Shown here: one piece after another, positions 52,001-64,000 of the stretch
How positions within the stretch are numbered: position 1 is the stretch's first letter
How the letters are laid out: every line of letters starts with the position of its first letter
Assembly (NCBI RefSeq): GCF_031769215.1
Contig: NW_026782563.1
Span: 496,001 to 560,000 of the forward strand
Source of the DNA: Ylistrum balloti
Taxonomy: Eukaryota
Direction of reading: 5' to 3'
Length of the DNA stretch: 64,000 nucleotides
The notes under the pieces: generated by a model
Told to the model about the DNA's origin: nothing
Database searches by the model: none
What the model saw: the letters and a program-made list of their open reading frames with translations, nothing else
Program-made: the position numbers and the translations under genes

Positions 52001-55000
52001 CCTATAGAAGGCCAATATTGGAAATGGCATTGTGCTTTGTCGAACAGATGTATTCTTCATTTATCAATCCGAAAAATCTAGTTTGTAAAACATTATCTTT
52101 TAAACAAAGTCTTTTATTAAAGTTTCTTTCTGTTTGCATTCGTCATCCTCCTCAGGCCATACAGCACGTAGACCAAGTCAAGTGCAAGTTATTTGATTTC
52201 ACATGCATTAATAAGTGCTAGCAGGTGACCGCTAGTTCATGTGTAAAACAGATAATTAAATCGAAATAACATTTATTTAGATAATTGCTATTGTCGTTGA
52301 CTGTTTTACTTGTTTACCATTACAAAGATATACGTAATAAAATATTGCCCTATGTAAATCAAATTTCCTTGATCACGTTTCATGTTTTGTATGTCAACCA
52401 GGCAACGCATCTCATACAAGGCTATTAAGTTTCCAATGCCTGCGAACAATAGAACTATAACCACAAGGACGAATCGGTAATAGTTGTATAATTATTTGTA
52501 TCGATTCCGGCGTTAATTTTCTTTTTAAAGGTATCTTATCCGGATCTATAATAATTTAATCGTTACTTTTTAAAAGACTTGATAATTTTGATTTGCATGA
52601 AAAAAGGACAATAAATATTTTTTGTCATTGAATATTGGTATTTAAAGTATCTTTCTTTTAAATCACCATTTCATAAATTATTTAAGGATATGATACTTCG
52701 TCAGTATGCAGAGACGTTACACTTTTGTTTAAGGGTTAAAAATATTCAAATAATTTTCCACATTTAAGGTAACGTTGCACTCATTTCGCTACGTAAGTGT
52801 GTGCTACATGCGTTGGAAGTTCACTGGATACATTGTCCTGTGCATGTTCATTTTGTGTTTTAAACAAAGTATATTTTCAATGCCGTCAAAAACATTGGCA
52901 ACCTCAGATATCAATGAGTCATCAATGAAAAAAAAATACATTTACCTTCAAGCATATTGTCAATATTAATCAGAACAAGGGATAAGGCACAACTCATTCT
53001 AACAAAGCCTTCTCCCATCATACATTTCATTCTAATAATAACAATGAAATACTAACACAGATATAAAAAAAATACCTTTACCTTTTTAACACAAAGAAAC
53101 TATTCGTCCACTTTCTACACCTTGCGTGTGTTCTGCTGATGGTTTACTTAAATATCAGAATACGTACGGGCTTGTTGAACAGATATCTTTTAAAACGTTG
53201 TGGAGAAACTACTTCCCGTTTCAGAGCAATATGAAAATATTCCCTTTAAATCTAAGCCGATAACATTACGAGATGTGAGAAATAGAGACTGTATTTTGAA
53301 GGTAAAGTCCAGTATAATCATGTTGTCGGCGACACCTATACCCTATAAAATGGTTACATCACAAGATTTATATGAACAACATTTTATTTAAATCACATTT
53401 AGTAAGTAGATTAAAAACATTTCAAATATTGTTTTGTTTCCACTTTAATTGTAAATGAAGATCACAACTGCATTTGTCTGTGGATCAAACAAGATTTTAT
53501 GGATTAAATGTTGTAAGCGATACGGCATCGTCCATACGCCCGTCTGTCCTTTACAGAAAAAACGAACGATCAGTATTCCGGGAATTATAAGTGTTTTGTG
53601 AAACCAGGGCTGTACATGAAGCAGAATTTGCCATAAATTACGTTTAAAATGTTTTAAATTTTTATTTAGATGAAATGCGCATTCTATATGGAAGTTTAGT
53701 TCTACATGATAATATGTACGTAGATATGTATAAATTACATGTTGTGGATGCTAGAATTTACCTACAGTTAATACCTCATACACGTAGATCAAACTTTCGT
53801 TAAGATGAATTACGCTCTCCATACTATTGAAATTTTATTATTTCTTTAATAATAATAAACCATGATTAATGCAAATAAGGCAGACTACTAAGTTACGACT
53901 CATGTGTATAGTACCTTTGTAAACCCCTAAGTATGTAAAATTCCTACATGGTAGGTCAGGAAACTAATCACCATAACAGGGGATATCAAAGACGGTGTCA
54001 TTTTAATTAATCTCAAGATCGGGTTAGTATACCATTCAATAATAACATTATAATATGATATTACATTTCAAATCAACTTCATATGAACGTATATGAAACT
54101 GGCGAGGAATATGTTTCTAAGGCCAGGTGTACTGACCAGATAGATGACCGTTACTCTAACTGTAGTGATCACAAATACATGTACAAATTTACATATGTTA
54201 TTGTGAACAACAATAGTTACTTACTGAAATGTTATTTGATATGATGATATAGTTTTACTGTCTGATTTTATTATGCAATGTTCTATCCTCACTGAGAATG
54301 TTGTTTTCATTCTGTTATGAAAAAGAATTCAAAACTAAAGCATATATATATGTGTGTGTGTTAACAAGATATATGACATGAACCCATAAGTCAATAATAG
54401 CTTACCCGGAAGTAGAAACGTTATATGCAACGCACGTGGCAACGATTACTCCAGTTACAATCAAATGTGGAAAGTTTGATTTTTCATGAAAGTAACAACC
54501 AATTATCTTCGAATTATTAATGATGACAGACGCTTACACAGACTTTTGTAAAGTACAGATAATTTGTCTTATTAGTATACTTATACACATATGTCCTCTA
54601 GCATACTTTGCTTAAGGGGAAAGTGTAAACAGAGAATCTTCCGTGACCATTTTGATATTTTTTTCCAGAATTAATTAGTCAGCAAGTTTGATTAATTCCA
54701 AATTACACCAAAGTGTGTCAAAATGATATATACTTCAGAAGACAACAAATTGCTGCAGTTAAAAGCCTTTGCGGAAATAAAATGGGGGTTAGAATTACAA
54801 TTAATAGCTAAAATATATAATGCAAATATTATACTTTGAGGGCTAATTCAACATGGGACGAAATTTGATATTTGATGACATCGGGAAGTTTATCCTCTGC
54901 GAAAGTCTTTGTCTGAATACAGTAGAGGGTATATATCAGAAAACACATAATGACGAGAAAATGAGCGTAAACCGGGATTATTTCCTTACACGACAGAATG

Positions 55001-56584
55001 GGGGTTGTTACTGCAATTGCAATCAAGAACATCTCACGACTAAATATATTAATGACGTCACTATACTTTCATTTAGGGTATATATTAGAGGGGAAAACAA
55101 ACAGAATTGTGAAGATAAATAGAGGTTTTGAAGTTCTGCAGGGCAATGAGGTTAGGAAATTCTTCGCCAGCAGTATCAAATTAATTATGAAATTAGATTA
55201 GATTTTGAATTCGAATTATGATAAAAACATGTCTGCAAATGTTGTCAAAAGACTTTTGTCTGTAAAGAGAACTAAAAGGGTGATACTGGCTTATCCACAT
55301 GTCCAGCTCATCACTTTACGGATGTCCGGGCTTCTTGTACAGAAAGAGAAAACACAAAAAAAATTATCGCTTGATTAAATATCATTTCAATAAAACCAAA
55401 TACTATCTCCCTTGTAAAAGGAGTGCCTTCCCTCTGAAACTGACATTTCTAATAAATAACACGAGAGCAGAAATCATTAAGTCATTTCGCATTCTGAGTC
55501 TTCTGCTTGATTAGATCCCAGCAGCCGCCACGAATTGCTAGTTGGTAGGAAGATTGACGTTCGTGGAGATGCTTTACTATTTTATATGTTGTTACGTTGA
55601 TATTTTGACTCTGGTGTGAACGTCTTGAAACATTAATTTCATACGGTAGAAACAAGAAGCTTGGACATTTATCCTTAATTACTTGTTACGTGGCAACTTC
55701 ACGCTTTCCTTGTTTCATTTTCCATAGTGTTTGTATTGCTCCCGATACCAGCTTTGATACATGTCCCCATATTGCTATTTTTATGGATTCTCTTTTCATT
55801 TCGATGTAATCAAACGGAAGATACAGGACGAGTATTCATAGAGTATTCATTCTTTGTCGTCAGTTCCACTTGTTCATCAATTTATACAGTGACATTTCGC
55901 AGTCATGGAAACGAGTATTTGTTATCAGTATTAATGATTATATTGGAAAATGAGATATGTCACGGCAATAATTCCTAATCAGCGGTCGTTAATCTATTGT
56001 AAACGAATTAGAATGAGTATTGAATATCTACTCTTCTTTTATATCAATGTCCCCTGTCATACACTTTTGATTAAAATTATTTATATCCAAGTTACTCTTC
56101 TGCATTAGATTAATATCTATTCGGTAAAAAGGTAATCATGAGAGAATTATAAAAATTATTGAAAACACAAAGAAACATATCCTTTTTCCTGTTTGGTGAC
56201 GCTTTCATATTTTCATTAACTACTGACGTCATATTTTATGATATTGTTTCCTGCTATTGTTTACAAGTTATATTCTTCACGGTTTATGATCGACAACCCT
56301 ATCCAATGTTACTCCTTTTAAGTTCTTCTTCTCCTTCCTTCTCTCCTAAAACAAAATAATTGAATAAATGACTCTTTATTGATAATAATAACAACTACGT
56401 ACATTATTGACGTTATCTAATATTGTACTTGTAACCTGTCCATATTAAATGATAAATACTTTATTCTAAAACTTTATAATATGTTTACATACACTGAAAT
56501 CTCCATTATTGTAATAAGGTAAAAAGCAATGCCAAAAAATCTGCGTACAAATACAAGCATGGCAATGAGGTTTGTTATTGATAC

Positions 56585-57078
56585 TGATAACTTGCTAGAT
56601 ACAATATTATCCATGATAACTTGCTAGATACAATATTATCCATGATAACTTGCTAGATACAATATTATCCATGATAACTTGCTAGATACAATATTATCCA
56701 TGATAACTTACTAGATACAATATTATCCATGATAACTTGCTAGATACAATATTATCCATGATAACTTGCTAGATACAATATTATCCATGATAACTTGCTA
56801 GATACAATATTATCCATGATAACTTGCTAGATACAATATTATCCATGATAACTTGCTAGATACAATATTATCCATGATAACTTGCTAGATACAATATTAT
56901 CCATGATAACTTGCTAGATACAATATTATCCATGATAACTTGCTAGATACAATATTATCCATGATAACTTGCTAGATACAATATTATCCATGATAACTTG
57001 CTAGATACAATATTATCCATGATAACTTGCTAGATACAATATTATCCATGATAACTTGCTAGATACAATATCATCCAA
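56585..57078. repeat. Near-perfect 29-bp minisatellite (TGATAACTTGCTAGATACAATATTATCCA), ~17 copies
   Basis: Exact 29-bp period; I saw only one internal substitution (~56710) and one in the last copy. No spacers. Confidence 0.97.
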
Positions 57079-60000
57079 TTGCGCTCACACCACCGTTAAC
57101 GCAGTTAAAGAGAGGTTCACCTCTTACATGAACAAGAACAATCAATGATTATATAGCTCACAGGTAGCAGCTACAGTAAAAATGTAAAAGTTTAACGTTG
57201 ACCGTAATGGGGCAACATGCAAGAATGTCTTAACGATGTACATTTTATAGGACAGTCAATTTTGCGATTAAAGGCTCCATTTTTCATCAAAGATTTTTAA
57301 GTGACTTTTTTGTAGAAAAAAAAGATAAATCAGCATAATGCCGAAAGAAACAATCATTACATATAACTGTAACATCCTTTTGTCATTTAGAAACGCTGTA
57401 TCACTCCTTAACTTGACATGATATATACTACAGACTGGAGGAATATAGGATGTACACTTACTGGTTTTAAAAACCAATCTAAATCTTGGACCGGAAAGCT
57501 TAATTGGGAAAAAAACGTGAAACTGGAGATTTTTATGGTGATTAATTACAGCGATCTATTACAATTTCAAGCTGAATTGAAAATCAGTCGCTATGGCGAT
57601 ATGACCTTAAGTATTTTGAGTAACTATATGGTATTTGAAATACACAAGTCAAAGTCGTCGGGTCAACTAAACGCTTTTAAGTCGAAAAAAATTCGACGAA
57701 ATGAAGTTAAAGAATATTCTCTTAATAACAATCAACCTCTATATATATGTTTTCGATACATCACATGATACTGTAGAAATGTATCCAATCGATTCCAGTA
57801 TAGTTTTTCAAATGTGAACTGTACATTAAACAATCGTCTTTTCCCTAATCAATATATATAAATATATATATTTATATATAATAAAGTGCTTATCAATGAA
57901 TGCACGTGTGATAATTGTGTAAACTAAAGCTTACATATCTAATTACATAGGTGACTAATGACGTGTGGAAAAGGACATTTATAACAACTTTTTTTAAAGT
58001 GTGGATTGCATGGCCAATCAGCTGTTAACCTCAATGTTCCTTTCATTCTTATCATGCACTTTGATTAAGGAACGTGTAAAACGGGATAGGGAGGAGGAGT
58101 TGTGTACTTGTGTTTATAGTGTTAAGGTAAGGTTCCGTGTACCTTTGCATGAAAAGGAATATTCTTATAACACTATCAACATTTTTTTATGAAATTAGTT
58201 TAAAAGGCAATAAAAAATATGTAATTTTCTACCATGAACATAAGATGCCAGCGTGTCAGATCACAAGTGAGCTATACCTAATCTTTATATCAAATTGAAC
58301 ATTAATTTTATTTATTTGTTTGTTTGTCCTTTTTCACATTAATTCCAGTCAATCAAACAATTCTCCGTTTTCAAAAAGAGTATCAGATAGGTTTTTAATC
58401 AAATTTGCGACAATAGGGCACCGAATTGTCAATGTTCAACACCTTACAATTATTGAAAAGGTGCGGGAGGTGTTATACCTGCCACGGCAGCCGTACAATT
58501 CGAGCTTCTAAATATATTTAAATCTTTTATTATATGTCAGGATCGGAGGACATATTAGCCTTAATATATTTGTTAATGAAGGCTCCAATTACTGTCATGT
58601 ACAAATGTTGTATGAATCTACCATGTCCACATAGTTATTGATTACAAACACTATCCTTGTTTTGAGTAAATTATGTATCAATCTACTTTGTGGCAATAGG
58701 ATTGGGCACTTGAGCAATATTTAATTAGCATATATTCATAGCGATTTGATTGGGTTTTTTTCTATATTTCTCTTGCTTATATTTATAACATATAATTAAT
58801 TAAATGATGAAGATTTCAAACTTCATCAATTATACACATTATTCATAAAGCGATACGTATGTAAACCGGATTTGGTGTCCCTGTTCTCTACGTAAAATGA
58901 AAGATTTCAATGTGTTGTGCTTTACTATCGATTGCACTCTGCTGTTATGTAAATAAATAAAGAAAAAAGCAAGAGAAAGAAATAACGAAGCTGCTGTAAT
59001 TTTTAATTACTTTTCATTTTATGCAAAAACTATTTTAGAGAGAAAAATCAGCAAAGCAATGATGGCCTTTTCCTCTGATTCAAAGACTCCATAATCAAGG
59101 GGACTTAATCCTGATTATTTGAATACAGGTATCGTTGTGGTAATATGATCTTAATTATGGACACCGAGATGTATTTCCTAACTCATTACCCAAGATGTGC
59201 TATTCAAACCGTTTACAACAATATGATTGTAATCATGATTCACAAATATATAATTTCTTATATCTTACACGTGAAAGAACAAGCACTGATGACAATATCC
59301 GGTGTAGTAGTGTTGTATATGAAGAGGAAGGACTGGACGCTTAATTATGACGTCATATCTTCATTTCGTTATGCTGGGGATCATATTGGGGGGCGGTGGC
59401 TTGGCTACTGCTTGTTTTAAACATCAGGTATATATAGATACTGTTTATGATTTTCGTTCTGCTTAATTAATCTGTTAATTGGGGTAAACTGTCTGTTAAA
59501 GAAACACGTTCAATGTTTGAGTTGTTTACGTGTAAAGGACAAGCATGTTACATAAAAAATCAATTGTCTTCCGCTTAGATATGAAATTCCTAAATGGGAG
59601 GGGGAAAACTTCTGACTGGTCAATAATCAGATTGATATCAAAGTCATTTATACCTTATGTCAGTAACAGATGTTCCTTTGTTTATTTGATACAAGTCTAC
59701 GTTTAACAGCCTGCATAAAGATAAAATAATCGATAGTAAAATCAACATTCCTTTTATATAACTTAAATAAATACTTAAGTTACAAAAATATATTGGTAAC
59801 TGATATTTACTGAAACGAATTATATGCATAGAAACAAGTCATCCCTGAAATGAACTGAAAAATATGTGTGGATATTAGTAAGTACGGGGAAGTTGGATGA
59901 TTTTAATTGTATCCATGCTGGAACACTCTAATCGTCTTCGGAAGACTATCCATCATCAGGTCTAAGACGATATGTTGATATCTATCAGTAAAGATTACGT

Positions 60001-60129
60001 CATGAGCTATATGTTTACAGGATTTATATAGAATAGAACTGAATAACAAAACGGCATCAATATGTCGACAAAACGTTTTGTTGAAACTCAAGGTCGTGTG
60101 AACGACTAAATAATCGCCATGAAATGGTC

Positions 60130-62030
60130 CAGGGACACTAAGGGGGGTGGTGAACGTAACCTTTTGAGTATCGAAGATAGTTCCAGGGGCGCATAGAGCA
60201 CTAGTGAGCGTAATCCCTGGAGTACCGAGGATGGCTCAAGAGATGCAGACAGTGATAGCAAGCGTGTCACCCTGCAGTTTCGAAGTTGGTTCGAGATTCG
60301 CAGATAGTGATAGCAAACGTAACCCCTGGAGTATCGGGGATGGTTCCAGAGGTACGGAGAGTGATAGCGCGCGTGACAACTTGAAGTATCGAGTATGGTT
60401 TCAAAGGGCTGGGAGTGATAGTGACCGTCACCCCTGGAGTTAAGGGAATGACTCCAGAGGTGCTGAGATTGATAGTGACCGTCACTTCTTCCATATCGAG
60501 GATGGTTCCAGAGGTACAAAGAGTGATAGTGATTGTAACACCCTCGAGTATCGAGGATGGTTCCAGAGGTACAAAGAGTGATAGTGATTGTAACACCCTG
60601 GAGTATCAAGGATGGTTCCAGAGGTGCAGAGAGTGATAGTTACCGTCACCCCTGGAGTATCGAGGATGGCTCCAGAGGGACCGAGAATGATAGTAACCGT
60701 CACCACTGGGGTGTCGAGGATGGTTCCAGAGGGGCTTCGAGTGATAGTGACCGTCACCCCTGGAGTATCGAGGATGGTTCCAGATGGGCTTCGAGTGATA
60801 ATGAGTGTAACACCCATGAGTATCGAGAATGGTTCCAGATTTGCAGATAGTGATAGCAAACGTAACCTCTAGAGTATCGAGGATGATTCCAGAAGTACAG
60901 CGAGTGATAGCGTTCGGGACACCTTGAAGTCTCGAGGATGGTTCCAGAGGTGCAGAGATTGATGGTGGCTGTCTCTCCTGGAGTATCGAGGATGGTTCAG
61001 AGGACTGGGAGTGATAGTGACCGTCACTCCTGGGGTGTCGAGGATTGTTCCAGAGGTACTGAGAGTGATAGTGACCGTCACCCCTGGAGTATCGAGGATG
61101 GTTCCAGAGGCGCTGGGAGTGATAGTGACTGTAACGCCCGGATTTTAGAGGATGGTTCCGGAGGGGCTTCGAGTGATAGTGACTGTCTCCCCTGGAGTAT
61201 CGAGGATGGTTCCAGAGGCGCTGGGAGTGATAGTGACTGTAACGCCCGGATTTTAGAGGATGGTTCCGGAGGGGCTTCGAGTGATAGTGACTGTCTCCCC
61301 TGGAGTATCCAGGATGGTTCCAGAGATGCAGAGAGTGATAATGAGTGTAACACCTTGAAGTATCGAGGATGGTTCCAGATCTGCAGATAGTGATAGCAAA
61401 CGTAACCCCTAGAGTATCGAGGATGGTTCCAGAAGTACAGCGAGTGATAGCGCGCGGGACACCTTGCAGTATCGAAGCTGGTTCCAGAAGTGCTGAGAGT
61501 GATGCTGGCTGTCTCCCCTGGGGTGTCGAGGATGGTTCCAGAGGTACTGAGAGTGGTAGTGACCGTAACACCTGGAGTATCTAGGATGGTTCCAGAGGTA
61601 CAGAGAGTGATAGTGACCGTTACCCCTGGAGTATCGAGGATGGCTCCAGAGGGGTAGGGAGTGATAGTGACCGTCACCCCTGGAGTATCGAGGATGGCTC
61701 CAGAGGGGTAGGGAGTGATAGTGACCGTCACCCCTGGAGTACCGAGGATGTTTTAGGGGTGCAGAGAGTGATAGAGACCGTCACCCCTGGAGTATAACAC
61801 CCGGATTTTAGAGGATGGTTCCAGAGGGGCTGGGAATGATAATGACCGTCACCCCTGGAGTATCGAGGATGGTTCCATATTTGCAGATAGTGATAGCAAA
61901 CGTAACCCCTGGAGTGTCGGGAATGGTTCCAGAGGTGCAGAGAGTGATAGTGGCTGTCTTCCCTGGAATATCGAGGATGTTTCCAGGGGTACTGAGAGTG
62001 ATAGTGAGTGTAACCCCTGGAGTATATTGT
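60130..62030. repeat. 54-bp GC-rich minisatellite (GAGTGATAGTGACCGTCACCCCTGGAGTATCGAGGATGGTTCCAGAGGTACAGA), ~35 divergent copies with higher-order structure
   Basis: Units of 52-55 bp. Diagnostic variant units recur at 60793 and 61333, 540 bp apart. It accounts for the ORF-track calls at 60106-62063. Confidence 0.93.
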
Positions 62031-64000
62031 TTATATATGTATATATATATAGTTTATGAATGATCCGCAGTCACATTGTACATTGTTTATGAATATTATT
62101 TATTTTAAGGAAGTGAAGACCAAAGAAAATCAGCGACCAGAGGCAATAATCAATATATCATTGGAAATCTTATATAAAAACAAAAACAATATACAAATAG
62201 TGTTAGAATAGAATTCCAGCCAGAACATCATCATATAAAAAGCTTGAGGCTTATGCATACACTGTAAAGCCTTGTTGTGAATGTGCATCTACGATATGAG
62301 TGAACATTAAAAACATATTTGCACTTTTAGCAGATTCAGACTCTGATTACAATATATATACTATATATAAAGAGAGCGCGGGAGAGGGGGATGGTTTTTT
62401 TTTTATTTAAATACCAATTGAATGAAAAATAAAACCATAAAAGTATATCATAAATGAATCAAGTTACATACATTACATTTTATTGCCTTTAAGTGATAAT
62501 GAATAAATATTCACAATATATGACTCAAAGTGCGAACATTAGCCCAGTAAAATCTCATACGCGTCTCAAGTGTGACATGAACACGAACAATAGCACAAGT
62601 ATGAGAGACTGTGAGTTTAACTTAAGTGTACGCCATCACCTGTAATGTATACATTAGAACGACCCGAAATATCTTCTTCATCAGCTTAAACCGAAACAAT
62701 CCAAAACATTTCATTGTAAAACGTTTAGCATATCCCGTCGTAAATCAGATCGGTGTTTAACAATGCGAATGTAACTTAAAATGCAAGCGTTGTACTGACG
62801 CGGGTTATAATATGACCGGAAAAGGGGCGTGGACTGGCGGGGAGATGTAAACAAACTTTTCTTTATATAATAACATCAGCGGCTGCTATATTATCTCTGA
62901 ATAAAATCCGATTCCCGTGTCAAAGTATAGAGCCCTTGACGTACGTGTAACTTTTACCACTTGTACAGAAGTGTCGATTATAGACCTTAGTAAGCACGTG
63001 TTAATCAGGAAAGCGATTTCCGATTATTGACATGTAACAAAACAAAAGATGTTTAAGACAATACCTAAAGAAATGGAAAATTATTGTAATACATGGAAAA
63101 TTCGTAATATGTTAGAGAATTTAAGAAATTGAAAATGTTTGTTAAACATCTAAAATAAAATTAGTTACAAATAGAATTTCAAGTTGTCTATGTCTAAATA
63201 AATTTTTGATAAAGATATAAATGAAAAGAGAGCAAACATGTTTTTTTTATATCATCAAACATCAGGTCGATAGAACGGTGGAATAATTTTAGTAATGAAG
63301 TAAGAGAGAGTAGTCTCCTACAAATGATAATTAAGTCATGTTAGGATTTTCTACGCATCCTATCATTGATTTGTATATAAAAATCAATTTTATCACACTC
63401 CTTTACTTTTTGAGTATTCATACCATTGTAATGTTTGCGAAAATAAAGCAAGATCGTCTTTAATCTGTCACTTAAAGATATATTCCTTGTTTATCTTAAA
63501 CCATAACGAGAGAAAACAGACACTCCACAATGCTATATTTATCTTCCAAAATTCGTTCTTTTTAATGGTCAACAAATAGACAAAAGTGAGAAGATAGATT
63601 TTAATTCCGATTGAAACTATCATTGTCAATGGGTATTTTTAATCACCCCATATAAACAACATTAAAAAAACGACGTCATTTTGACACGTCATCTTTGATT
63701 GGCTGATGCGACGGTTGAAAAATTTATCAAAGTAAAAAGTCTATTACGAATGCCAAAAGTATTACCATCTGTGATTACCTTACAATGATTATCTTTTATC
63801 GCTTTCCCTTTTTTTAACAATATGGTTCAATAGCATGAAAAATGACAAAAGCGTATTCATTCTTCAATTAAACCAAAACAGAGGCTCGTCACGATTATTA
63901 AAAAGGAGGTATCGCGAATTTGTTCGAAGTACTGAGTGAAGCACTAGTAATTTATATATCAATAGAGAAAAAAAAACTCAAAGATAAATGCTCAGCGAGA

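Noticed and set aside
52827-52836. DMRT autoregulatory site GATACATTGT (also GCAACAATGTTAT at ~10868 and GGTACATTGTATA in exon 2)
   Set aside because: A rough estimate gives about one GWTACAWTGT match by chance in 64 kb at this composition, so isolated hits are uninformative.
54853-55122. 89-aa ORF as an RT fragment (KYINDVT resembles KYVDD)
   Set aside because: The upstream QG motif and other RT motifs are absent; a single short match is insufficient.
56585-57078. CRISPR array (29-bp repeat, CRISPR-like length)
   Set aside because: Units are head-to-tail with no unique spacers, there are no cas genes, and the context is eukaryotic.

Overview
AT-rich eukaryotic genomic DNA, not prokaryotic. 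A bivalve mollusc is the most likely source; this is inferred from the Dmrt protein and the repeat families, and the species is not determined. I can support one intact protein-coding gene: a two-exon, minus-strand DMRT transcription factor of the DMRTA2/Dmrt5 (Dmrt4/5/99B) class, with a DM domain in exon 1 (48604-48223) and a DMA domain in exon 2 (45074-44347), 369 aa in total. The rest is repeats and decayed sequence. A 5'-truncated LINE sits inside a 29-bp minisatellite that has two homogenised variants (1540-5820). There are further tandem arrays of ~38, 33, 29 and 54 bp, five related Penelope-like (probably Naiad-type) retroelement remnants, a tRNA-derived SINE, a probable solo LTR and a MITE. 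Downstream of the Dmrt gene lie several stop-interrupted, minus-strand reading frames; two resemble Toll-like receptor/TIR genes and one keeps a phase-compatible GT-AG intron. These come from hand translation and need homology searches. No CRISPR array, rRNA or intact tRNA was found.
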